Of a DNA stretch of 64,000 nt, positions 1 through 10,117 are shown piece by piece. Position numbers and translations under genes: made by a program. Numbering within the stretch: the stretch's first letter is position 1; every line of letters begins with the position of its first letter. The notes below the pieces were generated by a model that saw only the letters and a program-made list of their open reading frames with translations, was not told the origin of the DNA and searched no databases. Source of the stretch: Anaerolineae bacterium (GTDB lineage Bacteria; Chloroflexota; Anaerolineae; Fen-1058); the NCBI GenBank assembly GCA_046328575.1, contig JAXLWI010000019.1:1153-65152 (forward strand), given 5' to 3'.

Positions 1-64
1 TCTGCCTTCAACATTATTTCATCGGCTTTCTTGATGACTAAGGGGCCGTCATTTCAGCGAGTTG

Positions 65-1315
65 TTAGGCAGAGCGGCGCAAAGCCTGAAAGATTCGCCG
101 CACGTTCAGATTCGCCATCGATAATAGTGTGTCAGCTTTGAAGAATCGCGCCGCTAACAACACGACCCCATAAGTCGTGGCGGCCAACAGCACCAAACCG
201 AGGAGTAACTGCTCGATCGGTACCGGCGCAGCGGCCAGACGCGTGATCATCGAAGTGGGCGACGTCAACGGAAACAGGCTGAAGAACAACGCCGGACCAT
301 CGTTAGGCGATTGAATCAATGCGTTGCTCATCCACAACGGAATCATCAGCGGCAACAAGACGATGAACGTGAATTGCCCGCCCTCACGCGCTGAAGGCGC
401 TAGCGCACCGAGCGCGCCGAGTACAGACGCATACAGCAAATAGCCCAGCACAAAGTACAGCAATGCCCACACGATGAAACCGTCGGGTAAAGTCACATTC
501 TCAAAGCCGCCGCGATTCATCACCAGCAAGCCACCGCCCGCCCAAATCGCCACTTGCAACAACGCCACAATGCCCAGCCCCAACACCTTGCCCAGCATCA
601 ATTCACGCGGCTGGACGCTCAACAGCAGCACTTCTATAGTGCGATTTTCTTTCTCTTTCGACACACTCTGCAGCATAAAGCCGCTCGTCATCGTGATGAC
701 AAAGAAAAAGATAAACAACGCCGCGAACGGCACTATGAAGCCGGCACCCTCATCTTTGCCATTCACGTTCGATGTACGCTGCGGTGCAAGCGACCTCATC
801 TGAACTTCAGCTGTGGGATTGGTCAGCGCCACTGCCAGGGCCTGATCGCCCGACAAATTCAGCCGAATTAGATAGCCAAAGAAGTCGCTGTTATCCAGGC
901 TGTTGAACATGCTGAACTGACTATCGACCAATGTCACCTGGCCGGTCTTCAGATAGTCGGCGGGCACGATGTAGTACTTGCTGATCTTACCGTCTTCAAG
1001 CGCGGCTGTAGCCGAAACTTCGTCTTTGAACGGGCGTAGCCGCACTGACGGCCACTTAACGAACAGTGGCGCATCATCCGGCACAGTTTTGATGATCCCG
1101 GCCAGATCAACATAGCCGATCGGGAGTTGCGCCGTCGTCGACGAACCAAGCAGCGGATTCGAGCCATCCTGCGCCACAGCGCTGCGCGCCAATGCCTGCG
1201 AGCCGATGTTGGCAATAATGATCACGGCTGGCAGCAAGAACGTCGTCAACCAAAACGACCGTTTGCCGATCGTGGTCCTGATCTCATGTTTGATGATAGT
1301 CAATACATTTCGCAT
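65..1315 (-). CDS. ABC-2 family exporter permease (multi-pass membrane protein)
   Basis: 416-aa ORF, ATG at 1315 with GAGGA RBS; N-terminal TM helix then large loop and C-terminal TM bundle typical of ABC-2 permeases; 3' gene of ATPase-permease-permease operon. Confidence 0.75.
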   Translation of the reverse strand: MRNVLTIIKHEIRTTIGKRSFWLTTFLLPAVIIIANIGSQALARSAVAQDGSNPLLGSSTTAQLPIGYVDLAGIIKTVPDDAPLFVKWPSVRLRPFKDEVSATAALEDGKISKYYIVPADYLKTGQVTLVDSQFSMFNSLDNSDFFGYLIRLNLSGDQALAVALTNPTAEVQMRSLAPQRTSNVNGKDEGAGFIVPFAALFIFFFVITMTSGFMLQSVSKEKENRTIEVLLLSVQPRELMLGKVLGLGIVALLQVAIWAGGGLLVMNRGGFENVTLPDGFIVWALLYFVLGYLLYASVLGALGALAPSAREGGQFTFIVLLPLMIPLWMSNALIQSPNDGPALFFSLFPLTSPTSMITRLAAAPVPIEQLLLGLVLLAATTYGVVLLAARFFKADTLLSMANLNVRRIFQALRRSA

Positions 1316-1329
1316 GTTGATTGTCCTCG

Positions 1330-2544
1330 TTACGCTGCCCGCGTTCGAATCACCCGCAGCATTTCCTTAAACTCCAACCGTTGACCATAGCGCAGCATGC
1401 CAGCTCGGAACACCCGCGCCGCAGCCCAAATCATCATCACACTGGAAGCCGCCAACAGCACCCAGCTCGCAATGATTTCCCAGGCCGGAATCGACGTCAT
1501 GCCCCACCGCAGCGTCAGCGTGATAAACGACGTCGTAGGGAACAGCGTCAAGATCACCGACAGTGTACTGTTGGGTGCGGTGAAGAACACGATGATGAAA
1601 AAGTAGGGAAGCGTGAACAACATGTTCAACGCGCCGACGATCTGTTGGCCTTGCTTCAGTTCCGTCACCGCTGCGCCGACCGCGATCATCATCCCCGCGA
1701 TCAGTGTGTACGATGGCACATAGAATAGGGCGATCATCAATAGCAGCGACCACGGAATGCGCACTTCCTGCAAAATCTCAATAAACCGGGCGCCCACCAC
1801 TAACCCGATCGCGATCACGGCGATTAAGATCACCACCTGGGTGAGCGACACTGCGATCAACCCAATCGCTTTGCCGCCGATAAACTGATTCGGCGTCACC
1901 GATGTCGCCATGATCTCGGCCGTGCGATTTTCTTTCTCATCCGTTACGGCTTGCAGTAGATAACCGCCGGAACCCATGACGGTGATGATAAAGAACAACC
2001 CGATAAAAAACGGCAGCATCACGTTGATGAAGCTCTTGCCGCTGATTTCCTGCGCGCCGTCTACCGAACGGGCGGTGAGTTCCATGCCTTCACGGGCACG
2101 GGTTTGAACATCGGGAGGCAGTGTCGCCGCCAATTTGGCGCGCACAAAGTAATCGAAATCGCGCTGCACGGTCATCGCCGGGACTTTGTCCCAATACCGA
2201 AGTTCAATGCCTTGCGTGGTCAAATAAGTCGAGCTAATCACGTAGTAGCCTTGAATTTGCCCGGCTACTAAGGCTTGCTGCGCCGAGTTGGTGTCAGCAT
2301 AAGCGCGAATTTCGATCAACTTATCACCGCGCGCGTTTTCAAGCGGCGCCGGACTGGTGCCCAGGACACCCGATTGATCCACGTAGCCCAACGGACGTTG
2401 ATCGGTACCGCTGACTGTAAACACCACGCTCAGCACCATGATCGCGATGAAGAACACCGGCATCGCGATCGTGCCCAGAATAAATGATCGTTTGCGGACG
2501 ATCTTCAGATATTCGCCTTTGGCGATGATCCATAACTTACGCAT
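1330..2544 (-). CDS. ABC-2 family exporter permease
   Basis: Paralog of 65..1315; ATG at 2544 (MRKLWIIAKGEY) with AAGGAGCAGG RBS 7 nt downstream of ATPase stop; longest ORF extends to 2568. Confidence 0.75.
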   Translation of the reverse strand: MRKLWIIAKGEYLKIVRKRSFILGTIAMPVFFIAIMVLSVVFTVSGTDQRPLGYVDQSGVLGTSPAPLENARGDKLIEIRAYADTNSAQQALVAGQIQGYYVISSTYLTTQGIELRYWDKVPAMTVQRDFDYFVRAKLAATLPPDVQTRAREGMELTARSVDGAQEISGKSFINVMLPFFIGLFFIITVMGSGGYLLQAVTDEKENRTAEIMATSVTPNQFIGGKAIGLIAVSLTQVVILIAVIAIGLVVGARFIEILQEVRIPWSLLLMIALFYVPSYTLIAGMMIAVGAAVTELKQGQQIVGALNMLFTLPYFFIIVFFTAPNSTLSVILTLFPTTSFITLTLRWGMTSIPAWEIIASWVLLAASSVMMIWAAARVFRAGMLRYGQRLEFKEMLRVIRTRAA

Positions 2545-3460
2545 CGACCTGCTCCTTCGCCACACCATCGCCTTGCACCACCGAGATGAAGATGTCGTCC
2601 AGCGACGGCTCGGCGATCTCGAACCGTTCGATCTTGAGGCCGTCGCGTGTGGCTAATGCTCGAAACACGTCTTGCGGACTGGTGCCCGTCGCCAGCGCCA
2701 TGTGCAAGTCGCCGTTGATGTGCCGCGTTTCCAGCACACCCGGCACGTTGGCAAAATCGCCCTGCCCTTTGATCGAGACAGCGTTACCCGCAAAATTCCG
2801 CTTGATCTGATCGACCTCACCGTACAACACCACGCGGCCTTTGTTGATCAACGCGATGCGGCTGCACATCTGCTCGACCTGATGCATCTGGTGCGTAGAC
2901 ATGATGATGGTCTTGCCCGCCGCTTGCTGCTCGCGAATAATGTCTTCGACGAGACGCGTGTTCACCGGGTCGAGGCCTGAAAATGGCTCGTCGATGACGA
3001 TCAAGTCGGGTGCGTGCAGGAACGTGGCAATGACCTGTGCCTTCTGCTGCATACCCTTGCTCAACTCTTGAATCTTCTTGGTGCGGTGCTCGTACAGATC
3101 GAGCCGTTTGAGCCAAGGGGTCAATCGGGCACGAGCCGTCTTCTCGTCCAGACCTTTGAGCTGCGCTAGAAAGATCAGCGTCGGCTCCAATTTCAGGTCT
3201 TTGTACAAGCCGCGTTCTTCCGGCAAGTAGCCGATGCGATTCTTCTTGGCTTCGTCCATCGCGCCGCCCAGCACGCTGATCGTCCCGTGATCGGGCTTGA
3301 AGATGTCCAGCATCATGCGGATCGAGGTGGTCTTGCCCGCGCCGTTCGGCCCCAGCAGACCAAAGATCTCACCGGGATAGACTTCAAACGAGACATCTTC
3401 GACGGCGTGTACAGAACCAAAGGATTTGCGAAGCTGTGAAACCATGACCGTAGATTGCAT
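2537..3460 (-). CDS. ABC transporter ATP-binding protein
   Basis: Walker A GPNGAGKTT, ABC signature LSKGMQQK, Walker B LIVIDEPFSGLD; preferred start MQSTVMVSQL at 3460 (GAGG RBS), longest ORF to 3535. Confidence 0.85.
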   Translation of the reverse strand: MQSTVMVSQLRKSFGSVHAVEDVSFEVYPGEIFGLLGPNGAGKTTSIRMMLDIFKPDHGTISVLGGAMDEAKKNRIGYLPEERGLYKDLKLEPTLIFLAQLKGLDEKTARARLTPWLKRLDLYEHRTKKIQELSKGMQQKAQVIATFLHAPDLIVIDEPFSGLDPVNTRLVEDIIREQQAAGKTIIMSTHQMHQVEQMCSRIALINKGRVVLYGEVDQIKRNFAGNAVSIKGQGDFANVPGVLETRHINGDLHMALATGTSPQDVFRALATRDGLKIERFEIAEPSLDDIFISVVQGDGVAKEQVDA

Positions 3461-3674
3461 GCTAACCTCACAGGCAGGAGATAACTGTGGAAATTGTAAA
3501 CCGATTGGGCTGGGCGCGTCCTGCAAGTCAGCCACCGCCCAGCCGACAATTGGCGGAAACAGACTAGATTATACGCTGGCGGCGCGTGTCTGACATCGGT
3601 CACAAGCTGAAGATGCTCTCCAACTAAAGTCGGAGAGCGCGATCATTTGGCAAATTCTCGTCGTGAAAACAGCG

Positions 3675-5204
3675 TTACGGTTGATGGACGCGGCAGAACT
3701 TCGATTTGGGTAAGGCGTGGTTCTTACACGCTTGGCCGGCTTTGGTCACACCTTGACACAGCGGTAGCGGCTTCTTGATCGAGGCCGGTAACTTTCGAGC
3801 AACTTTGCGCGATAGCGTCGCGGGTTGCTTCACCCACGATTGCAAATGCGCGAACTCATCGTTAAAGGCCGCCACCAACCGATCGGGATTGGGCACCAGA
3901 CCGGCGTCTGTTGCTATCCCCACGATGACTTCGCCCGCATAACTGATAATGCTCACGCCCAGTGAGAGATTCCCTGGCGTCGGCACCCAGAACATGATGC
4001 GCTTCAACGGCTCGCCAGCCAGATAGATCGGTTCCCGCGGCCCCGGCACATTGGTCATTACCGCCGATACTTTAGCCGCGAAGAATTTGAGCAGGACATC
4101 TTCGATCTGGGTGGGCGTCACGCCCATGCCGCCCAGCAGGCCAAACGCGACTAAAGCCTCAGGTGTATTCTTGATCTCGTCCATGCGCTTCTTCAGCGTC
4201 AAGATGCGACGGATAGGTTCGCGCACACCGACTGGTAGCGACAAGATGACCAGACCAAATTGATTGCCAAGGTGATTCAACTGATCTTGCGGCCGAATGC
4301 TGACCGGCACCATGGCGCGCACATTCAGGCCATCGATGGTGTCGTCGTGCTCTTCGAGGTAGCGGCGCAGTGCGCCCGCCACTGTGGCTAACAGCACGTC
4401 GTTGATGGTAGCGTTGAACGTGTGAGCGACAGCCTTCACCTCATGCAACTTGATCGGCATCGACCAGGTGGCGCGTTTGGGCACGCCGCATTGGCCTTTG
4501 AACAGCGTGCGTCGATCGGGCGTCAGCAGCAGCAGCTTACTCAGCGCAATCGCCCCAAGCGCGCCGACTTTGGCCGCATCGATCAGGCGCGTCGGATGCG
4601 ACAACGTCACGAGGCTTTCATGCCACATTTGCTCGGCGACGGCGAAGGTGGTGCCTAGTGCTTTGGCGGCAGGTTCCAACAGGCCGTTCTTGACTTTCGG
4701 TTTTAGCGGGGTTGGGGTCGGTGTCTGCCATTCGGCGTCGGCGGACTGATCCGTCATTGACAACAAGACTTGTACTAACGCCAGTCCGTCGGCGATGCAA
4801 TGATGCAGGCGCGCAATGACCGCGCAGCCGGCACCGTACCCATCGACCAAGTGGAACTGCCACAACGGTCGGTGTGGATCGAGCGGCACGCCCATCATGT
4901 CACCGGCCAAGTGTTGCAGCGCGGCTTCATCGCCTGGCGCTGGCAGCGTGACGCGCTGAATGTGATAATCCAAGTCGAAGTTCGAATCAACTTCCCAGTG
5001 AGGCAGGCCCAACCGCAGCAGTGGCTCTTTCACGCGCTGCCGAAATCGATCGTAGATGAGGAAGCGTTCTTGCACCAGCGCCAGAAAACGATCGAAATCG
5101 ATCCGGCTATCAAACATCATCACGCCGACGATCATTGCCATATTCGTCGGCTTGTCCATGTGCAGCCAGGCGGCATCGACCGGTGAGAAGGGCTCGGTCT
5201 TCAT
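3675..5204 (-). CDS. wax ester synthase/diacylglycerol O-acyltransferase (WS/DGAT) family protein
   Basis: Catalytic HHxxxDG motif (ARLHHCIADGLA); start MKTEPFSPVDAAWLHMD at 5204; about 45-aa C-terminal extension with 3 Cys (CQGVTKAGQACKNHALPKSKFCRVHQP). Confidence 0.8.
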   Translation of the reverse strand: MKTEPFSPVDAAWLHMDKPTNMAMIVGVMMFDSRIDFDRFLALVQERFLIYDRFRQRVKEPLLRLGLPHWEVDSNFDLDYHIQRVTLPAPGDEAALQHLAGDMMGVPLDPHRPLWQFHLVDGYGAGCAVIARLHHCIADGLALVQVLLSMTDQSADAEWQTPTPTPLKPKVKNGLLEPAAKALGTTFAVAEQMWHESLVTLSHPTRLIDAAKVGALGAIALSKLLLLTPDRRTLFKGQCGVPKRATWSMPIKLHEVKAVAHTFNATINDVLLATVAGALRRYLEEHDDTIDGLNVRAMVPVSIRPQDQLNHLGNQFGLVILSLPVGVREPIRRILTLKKRMDEIKNTPEALVAFGLLGGMGVTPTQIEDVLLKFFAAKVSAVMTNVPGPREPIYLAGEPLKRIMFWVPTPGNLSLGVSIISYAGEVIVGIATDAGLVPNPDRLVAAFNDEFAHLQSWVKQPATLSRKVARKLPASIKKPLPLCQGVTKAGQACKNHALPKSKFCRVHQP

Positions 5205-5244
5205 AGTTGTCTCGCTCCCCAAAAGATTCAACTGCCGTTGCTTG

Positions 5245-6570
5245 TCAGCCGCGATACTCACGGACTTGCTGCATCGCACTCCCGACCAAGCGAAACGCGC
5301 CACGCTCGGCCTCGTACAAAATTCGCTCTTCGTCCAACGTCAACAGTTCGCCGTCACGATAGATTAACTGACCGTCCACGATAACGTGCGTCACGTCAGC
5401 GGCTTTAGCGCAGTGAACCAGGTTGCTGATGAGGTTATGGCGCGGCCGCAGGTGTGGCTTGTCCATATCGATCAAAATCAGATCGGCGCGATAGCCAGCT
5501 GCCAACGCGCCGGTCTTCTCCAACCCGATCGCGCTGGCGCCGTTCTGCGTTGCCATGCGCAAAGCCAGATCACCCGCCACCGCTTCGGGATTGTGCTGCG
5601 CGTGCTTCTGTAGAATCACGGTCTGTCGAATCGCCGCCAACAAATCCATGTCTGCATTCGAGCCGGGGCCGTCAGTGCCGATCGCGACGTTGATGCCGCG
5701 CTCGACGAACCGCGACAGATCGTTCACGCCCATCGCCAACTTCATATACGTGATCGGCGTGTGTGCGACGGACACCTGATGCTTCGCCAGTATATTCAGG
5801 TCGGCGTCCGTGACGGCGAGACAGTGCGCGGCCACGCACGGCCCATCGAACACGCCCAATGATTCCAGCAGCGCGACCGGCGTTTTGCCATAAGCTCGCA
5901 GCGAATTGTCCACTTGCTCTTGGGATTCGGCTACGTGGAGGTGAATGGGCAAGCCGCGGTCGTGCGCCACCCGCGCCACCCGCGCCAGAAAATCGGGCGG
6001 GCAAATATACGGCGAATGCGGCCCTAGCAACAACTTGATGCGTCCATTAGCACGGCCTTGCCAGCGGTCGATGAAGTCCAGCGTGCCATCCAGGTTCGCG
6101 CCGACTTCTTTCTCGTCGCCGATGCCGAATACACACCACGTTAAGCCCGCTTTCAAGCCCGATTGTTCCACCACCTCGGCGACGCGATCCATGTAGAAGT
6201 AGTGATCGTTAAAGGCCACCACGCCCGATCGGATCATTTCGCACGCGGCGAGCGCGGCGCCCCAATACACATCGTCGGCTGTCAGCGCCGATTCGGCCAC
6301 CCAAATCTTTTCGTTGAGCCAGCGCGGAAACGGCAAATCTTCGGCCCAGCCGCGCTCGTACGTCATGGGCGAGTGACAATGAGCATTCACGAGCCCGGGC
6401 AGCGCCACGTGCCCGTAACCGTTGATGACCTGATCGGCCTGAAAACCGATCGGGGCGGAGCCAACCGCCACCAGCGCGTTCCCTTCCATCGCCACTGCTG
6501 CATCGCGCAGTACCGTGCCTGCGGCATCCAGCGTGACCACATCGACATGTTCGATCAACGTGCGCGTCAT
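5245..6570 (-). CDS. amidohydrolase family protein (MTA/SAH deaminase or chlorohydrolase-like)
   Basis: Metal-binding HxH motif (LVNAHCHSPMT), TIM-barrel amidohydrolase architecture; ATG 6570 overlaps upstream stop as ATGA. Confidence 0.7.
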   Translation of the reverse strand: MTRTLIEHVDVVTLDAAGTVLRDAAVAMEGNALVAVGSAPIGFQADQVINGYGHVALPGLVNAHCHSPMTYERGWAEDLPFPRWLNEKIWVAESALTADDVYWGAALAACEMIRSGVVAFNDHYFYMDRVAEVVEQSGLKAGLTWCVFGIGDEKEVGANLDGTLDFIDRWQGRANGRIKLLLGPHSPYICPPDFLARVARVAHDRGLPIHLHVAESQEQVDNSLRAYGKTPVALLESLGVFDGPCVAAHCLAVTDADLNILAKHQVSVAHTPITYMKLAMGVNDLSRFVERGINVAIGTDGPGSNADMDLLAAIRQTVILQKHAQHNPEAVAGDLALRMATQNGASAIGLEKTGALAAGYRADLILIDMDKPHLRPRHNLISNLVHCAKAADVTHVIVDGQLIYRDGELLTLDEERILYEAERGAFRLVGSAMQQVREYRG

Positions 6571-6947
6571 GCCTGATCCTCGTCCATGTAACGCGCCACT
6601 TCCCGCGCCAGTTTGACATCGTCGTAAGGCTTCTGGATAAAGCCGACATGGGCCTGGCCACTAAAGCGGCGCGCCACTTCTACCGGATCGTAACCCGACG
6701 ATAGAATTACGCGCACTTGCGGATCGATCTGGCGCAAGCGTTGAAACGTTTCGTCGCCGCTCAGACCCGGCATCGAAAGATCAAGCAGCACCAGGTCAAT
6801 CTCGGCCTGATGTTGACGATAGACGTCTAGACCTTCTTCACCGGAGGCAGCCGTCAACACTTTCCAATGACTCAATTCCAATATATCGGTGACGGCAAGT
6901 CGTACCGGTTCTTCATCGTCGATGACTAGCAGTACAGGTTCCGTCAT
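6567..6947 (-). CDS. single-domain response regulator (CheY-like receiver)
   Basis: LLVIDDEEPVR ... LVLLDLSMPGLSG ... conserved K-region; GGTGGAG RBS. Confidence 0.85.
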   Translation of the reverse strand: MTEPVLLVIDDEEPVRLAVTDILELSHWKVLTAASGEEGLDVYRQHQAEIDLVLLDLSMPGLSGDETFQRLRQIDPQVRVILSSGYDPVEVARRFSGQAHVGFIQKPYDDVKLAREVARYMDEDQA

Positions 6948-7017
6948 GCTTTTTACTCCACCGGCATTCGGCAGTGGCCCAGCCGCTTAATACACAGTAT
7001 AGCACGCGCACCTCAAT

Positions 7018-8157
7018 TTACAGACGTTCAATAATCGTTGCGGTCGCCATACCATGCCCGATGCACATGGTCTGCAAACCATAGCGGCCGCCCGTGCGCT
7101 CCAAGTGATGCAGTAATTTGGTCATGAGAATCGCGCCCGTTGCACCCAACGGATGGCCGTGCGCGATCGCCCCGCCATTGGGATTGACGCATGCGGGATC
7201 AGGTTCGATCTCGGCTTGCCACGCCAGCACGACTGAAGCGAAGGCCTCGTTGATCTCGATCGCGTCGATCTGCCCGATCGTTAGCCCGGCCCGATCGAGC
7301 ACCTTGCGCGTGGCGGGGATCGGTCCCGTCAACATGATCACCGGATCACTGCCGATCACTGCTCGGGCGACGAGCCGCGCGCGTGGTTTCAACCCTAACT
7401 CGATCGCTTTATCCAGCGACATCAACAATACCGCGGCACTGCCATCGCTGATCTGACTGGCATTGCCCGCGGTGATGACGCCGTCAGGTTTGAAGGCTGG
7501 TTTCAACTGCGCCATCTTAGCCACATCCGGCTCGAAGCGAATACCTTCGTCATGGTTGAGGCAGTTGGTCGTGCCGTCGGGCGCGGTAAATTCGATCGGG
7601 ACGATCTCTTTCACGAAGTCGCCACGTTTGGTCGCCGCCGCTGCTTTGACGTGACTCTCGTACGAAAACTGATCGAGTTGGGCGCGCGATAGATGCCATT
7701 TTTCAGCCACCATCTCGGCAGAAAGACCTTGATTGACCAGCGGATACGGAAAGTCCGGCGGCCAATCTTTGGGCCAATCCGCGCCCAACGGCACGCGGCT
7801 CATCATCTCAATGCCGCCCGCGACGACGACGTCCATGTCGCCCGCGGCAATGGCTTGTGCAGCAAAGTGGATAGCTTGTTGGCCGGAACCGCACATGCGA
7901 TTGAGCGTGAGCGCGGGCACCTCGATGGGCAGACCGGCTTGCAGCACAGCGAGCCGGGTGATGTTGGCGCCCTGCTCACCTAGCGGTGTAACACAGCCAA
8001 AGATCACGTCTTCGATCAACGCCGGATCGATGTGTGCGCGCGTCACCAACTCGCGCAGCACGCGCGCCGCCAGGTGCGTAGGCAGCAGGCCGCTCAACGA
8101 ACCGTTGCGCCGACCGATCGGCGCGCGCACGGCTTCGACGATGACGACGTCACGCAT
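7018..8157 (-). CDS. acetyl-CoA C-acetyltransferase (thiolase II)
   Basis: Thiolase N-term VVIVEAVRAPIGRRNG, active-site Cys region NRMCGSGQQA, C-terminal GHPLGATG and CIGHGMA motifs; GGGAGG RBS. Confidence 0.9.
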   Translation of the reverse strand: MRDVVIVEAVRAPIGRRNGSLSGLLPTHLAARVLRELVTRAHIDPALIEDVIFGCVTPLGEQGANITRLAVLQAGLPIEVPALTLNRMCGSGQQAIHFAAQAIAAGDMDVVVAGGIEMMSRVPLGADWPKDWPPDFPYPLVNQGLSAEMVAEKWHLSRAQLDQFSYESHVKAAAATKRGDFVKEIVPIEFTAPDGTTNCLNHDEGIRFEPDVAKMAQLKPAFKPDGVITAGNASQISDGSAAVLLMSLDKAIELGLKPRARLVARAVIGSDPVIMLTGPIPATRKVLDRAGLTIGQIDAIEINEAFASVVLAWQAEIEPDPACVNPNGGAIAHGHPLGATGAILMTKLLHHLERTGGRYGLQTMCIGHGMATATIIERL

Positions 8158-8179
8158 GCTAACCTCCCGAATTAGATTG

Positions 8180-8560
8180 CTAGTCTTCTTTCACGTTACG
8201 CAGGGAGACGGTCGGCTCGCCTTGTTTGCGATATTGCGTTACTTCTGGATGAGACACCGCAAATTTATCCAGCCCTTTGGTGTCCCAGGTGACGCGGCCT
8301 TTGGAATAGACCGCGTGCAGATGAGCGCCTTTCACGCTGGCACCAGCGGACATCACTGCCTGTTTGATCTCTTCAGCCAAAGTTGCGATGCGTTCGGTCG
8401 AAGCGTCAAACAGCGGCTGATACTCGGCTTCCAGCGCTTCGAGTTCAGCCTGCACGGTGCGCATGATCTCGGCGCGTTTCGCTTCGTAATCAACTCGCGC
8501 CACATCCACGGCGCTTTGGATATCGGACAGTTCGTTGAGTTTCGAAATGATATCGGACAT
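8180..8560 (-). CDS. hypothetical protein
   Basis: ORF with coiled-coil-like acidic sequence; ATG at 8560 (MSDIISKL) or GTG at 8584; no recognised motif. Confidence 0.4.
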   Translation of the reverse strand: MSDIISKLNELSDIQSAVDVARVDYEAKRAEIMRTVQAELEALEAEYQPLFDASTERIATLAEEIKQAVMSAGASVKGAHLHAVYSKGRVTWDTKGLDKFAVSHPEVTQYRKQGEPTVSLRNVKED

Positions 8561-8585
8561 GCATTCGATCCTATTGAAAGACACG

Positions 8586-8816
8586 TCAGCGTTTCGCCGG
8601 TAGAATCAACGCCGCGACAAATGCGACTGGCCCCAGCAGCGCCGCGAGATATTGTGATGGTAGACCCAGGGCTGTAGTACGATGCGTGTACGTTGGGCGG
8701 GTGTGGGTACGTGCCTCAGGCGCGAGATACCCTTTCGTGGTTAACCACGTCGCGCCGATCGAGCCGATAATGAGCCAACCGATCAGGATTACGATAATCA
8801 CGGCAAAGGAACTCAT
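8586..8816 (-). CDS. small hypothetical membrane protein (2 TM)
   Basis: ATG 8816 with GAGGT RBS; two hydrophobic helices (AVIIVILIGWLIIGSIGATWL, LAALLGPVAFVAALIL). Confidence 0.4.
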   Translation of the reverse strand: MSSFAVIIVILIGWLIIGSIGATWLTTKGYLAPEARTHTRPTYTHRTTALGLPSQYLAALLGPVAFVAALILPAKR

Positions 8817-8820
8817 CGCA

Positions 8821-9021
8821 CTACCTCGTGGCAAGTTGATCAAGCAACTGGCGAGTCACAGTCGCCACATCCAGCACAGCTTGATTGAACGCGGCTTCAT
8901 TCATGCGCGACGGTTTGCGATAGCCGCTGACCTTGCGCACAAATTGCAGAGCGGCGGCTTGAATCTCCTCATCGGTCGGCGGTCGATCGGGCTGGCGAAG
9001 TTGCTTAATACTGCGACACAT
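8821..9021 (-). CDS. small conserved protein, DUF2277-like
   Basis: 66 aa; MCRSIKQL...PTDEEIQAAALQFVRKVSGYRKPSRMNEAAFNQAV matches my recollection of the DUF2277 family. Confidence 0.5.
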   Translation of the reverse strand: MCRSIKQLRQPDRPPTDEEIQAAALQFVRKVSGYRKPSRMNEAAFNQAVLDVATVTRQLLDQLATR

Positions 9022-9152
9022 TGACTGACTCCTAGTTTAAGCAAAAAAGCAATCTCGGATGCGACGTTGTCGTCTTCCGAGATTGAGTATAGCACACGGG
9101 ACTGAAAGGACATGACGCCAGCCGGATCACGCGAACTACATGGGCGCGGTCT

Positions 9153-9180
9153 GTTGACTTGCGGTTGGTTGAGGCTATAC
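9153..9180 (+). promoter_or_regulatory. sigma70-like promoter TTGACT-N16-TATACT upstream of methyltransferase gene
   Basis: 35 nt upstream of ATG 9216 in a divergent intergenic region. Confidence 0.35.
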
Positions 9181-9215
9181 TCCACGGTAAGAACCAAGTC
9201 CGAAATAGGAGCAGG

Positions 9216-10115
9216 ATGTCAACACCCGCAACACCTCGTTCGGTACAAAATTCGCCGTCTGAAACAGCCCTGGCCACTACACTGCTGCGCGCCTTTGCGA
9301 CGCTCGATGAACGGCCCGAAATCCGCGGCAGCGATTTGCTCGCCCGGCTTTTCCTCACTGCCGACCAACTGAAGCCGCTTGATGATCCCGCCGCTCGCAA
9401 GTGGATTCTACAAAATAAGACTTCGCCCGGCGTGTACGAGTATATGCTCGCGCGAACGGCGTATTTCGATCGGGTGGTAAAGACCGCTTTGTCACAGTCA
9501 GTGCCGCAAGTGGTGTTTCTCGGCGCAGGTTATGATTCGCGACCGTATCGTTTCAGCGATCTGGCGATAGCGACGACGATCTTTGAATTGGACGCAGCGC
9601 CGACACAGGCTCGCAAACGCGAGATACTCGATCGAGCGGCGGTGGTGAAGCCTGCGCACTTGACGTATATGCCGATCGATTTCAGCGTTGATTCATTGAG
9701 CGAGGTGTTACTACAGGCTGGTTTCAATCGCGAAGCACAAGCCTTGTTCGTGTGGGAAGGAGTCACCTACTACTTAACAGCCCAAGCCGTCGATGCGACC
9801 CTGGCCGCGATCAAGACCATCGCCCTGCCCGGTAGCACCATTTGCTTCGATTATGCAGCGCTCTCGTCGGAAACGCTTCGCGACGAAAACGCCGCAAAAC
9901 TGCGGGAGCACATGAAGTCAAACTTCGCGGCTGAACCGACACGCTTCGGTGTGCCGCGTGGGCACATCGCTGAATTTCTGTCAGCCCGTGGCTACACGGT
10001 GCTGGATCATCTCGGTTCGGCCGAGATAGTGGCGCAATTTCTTACCCTACACGACGGAACAGCGATCGGTCAACCGCCCGCGTTGTTCAGTTTGGTTCAT
10101 GCGGCGCTCGCCTAA
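9216..10115 (+). CDS. class I SAM-dependent methyltransferase (leucine carboxyl methyltransferase/TIGR00027-like)
   Basis: ATG 9216 with AGGAGCAGG RBS; SAM-binding VVFLGAGYDSRPYRF and VWEGVTYYL motifs. Confidence 0.75.
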   Translation: MSTPATPRSVQNSPSETALATTLLRAFATLDERPEIRGSDLLARLFLTADQLKPLDDPAARKWILQNKTSPGVYEYMLARTAYFDRVVKTALSQSVPQVVFLGAGYDSRPYRFSDLAIATTIFELDAAPTQARKREILDRAAVVKPAHLTYMPIDFSVDSLSEVLLQAGFNREAQALFVWEGVTYYLTAQAVDATLAAIKTIALPGSTICFDYAALSSETLRDENAAKLREHMKSNFAAEPTRFGVPRGHIAEFLSARGYTVLDHLGSAEIVAQFLTLHDGTAIGQPPALFSLVHAALA

Positions 10116-10117
10116 TG

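Noticed and set aside
474-871. Two overlapping plus-strand ORFs (109 and 105 aa) inside the ABC-2 permease gene
   Set aside because: Antisense frames of a coding region, compositionally biased. The minus-strand permease has an RBS and operon context.
7733-8677. 314-aa plus-strand ORF antisense to the thiolase gene
   Set aside because: Arg/Ser/Pro/Ala-rich low-complexity translation typical of shadow ORFs in high-GC coding DNA. Lies entirely opposite a well-supported gene. No RBS.
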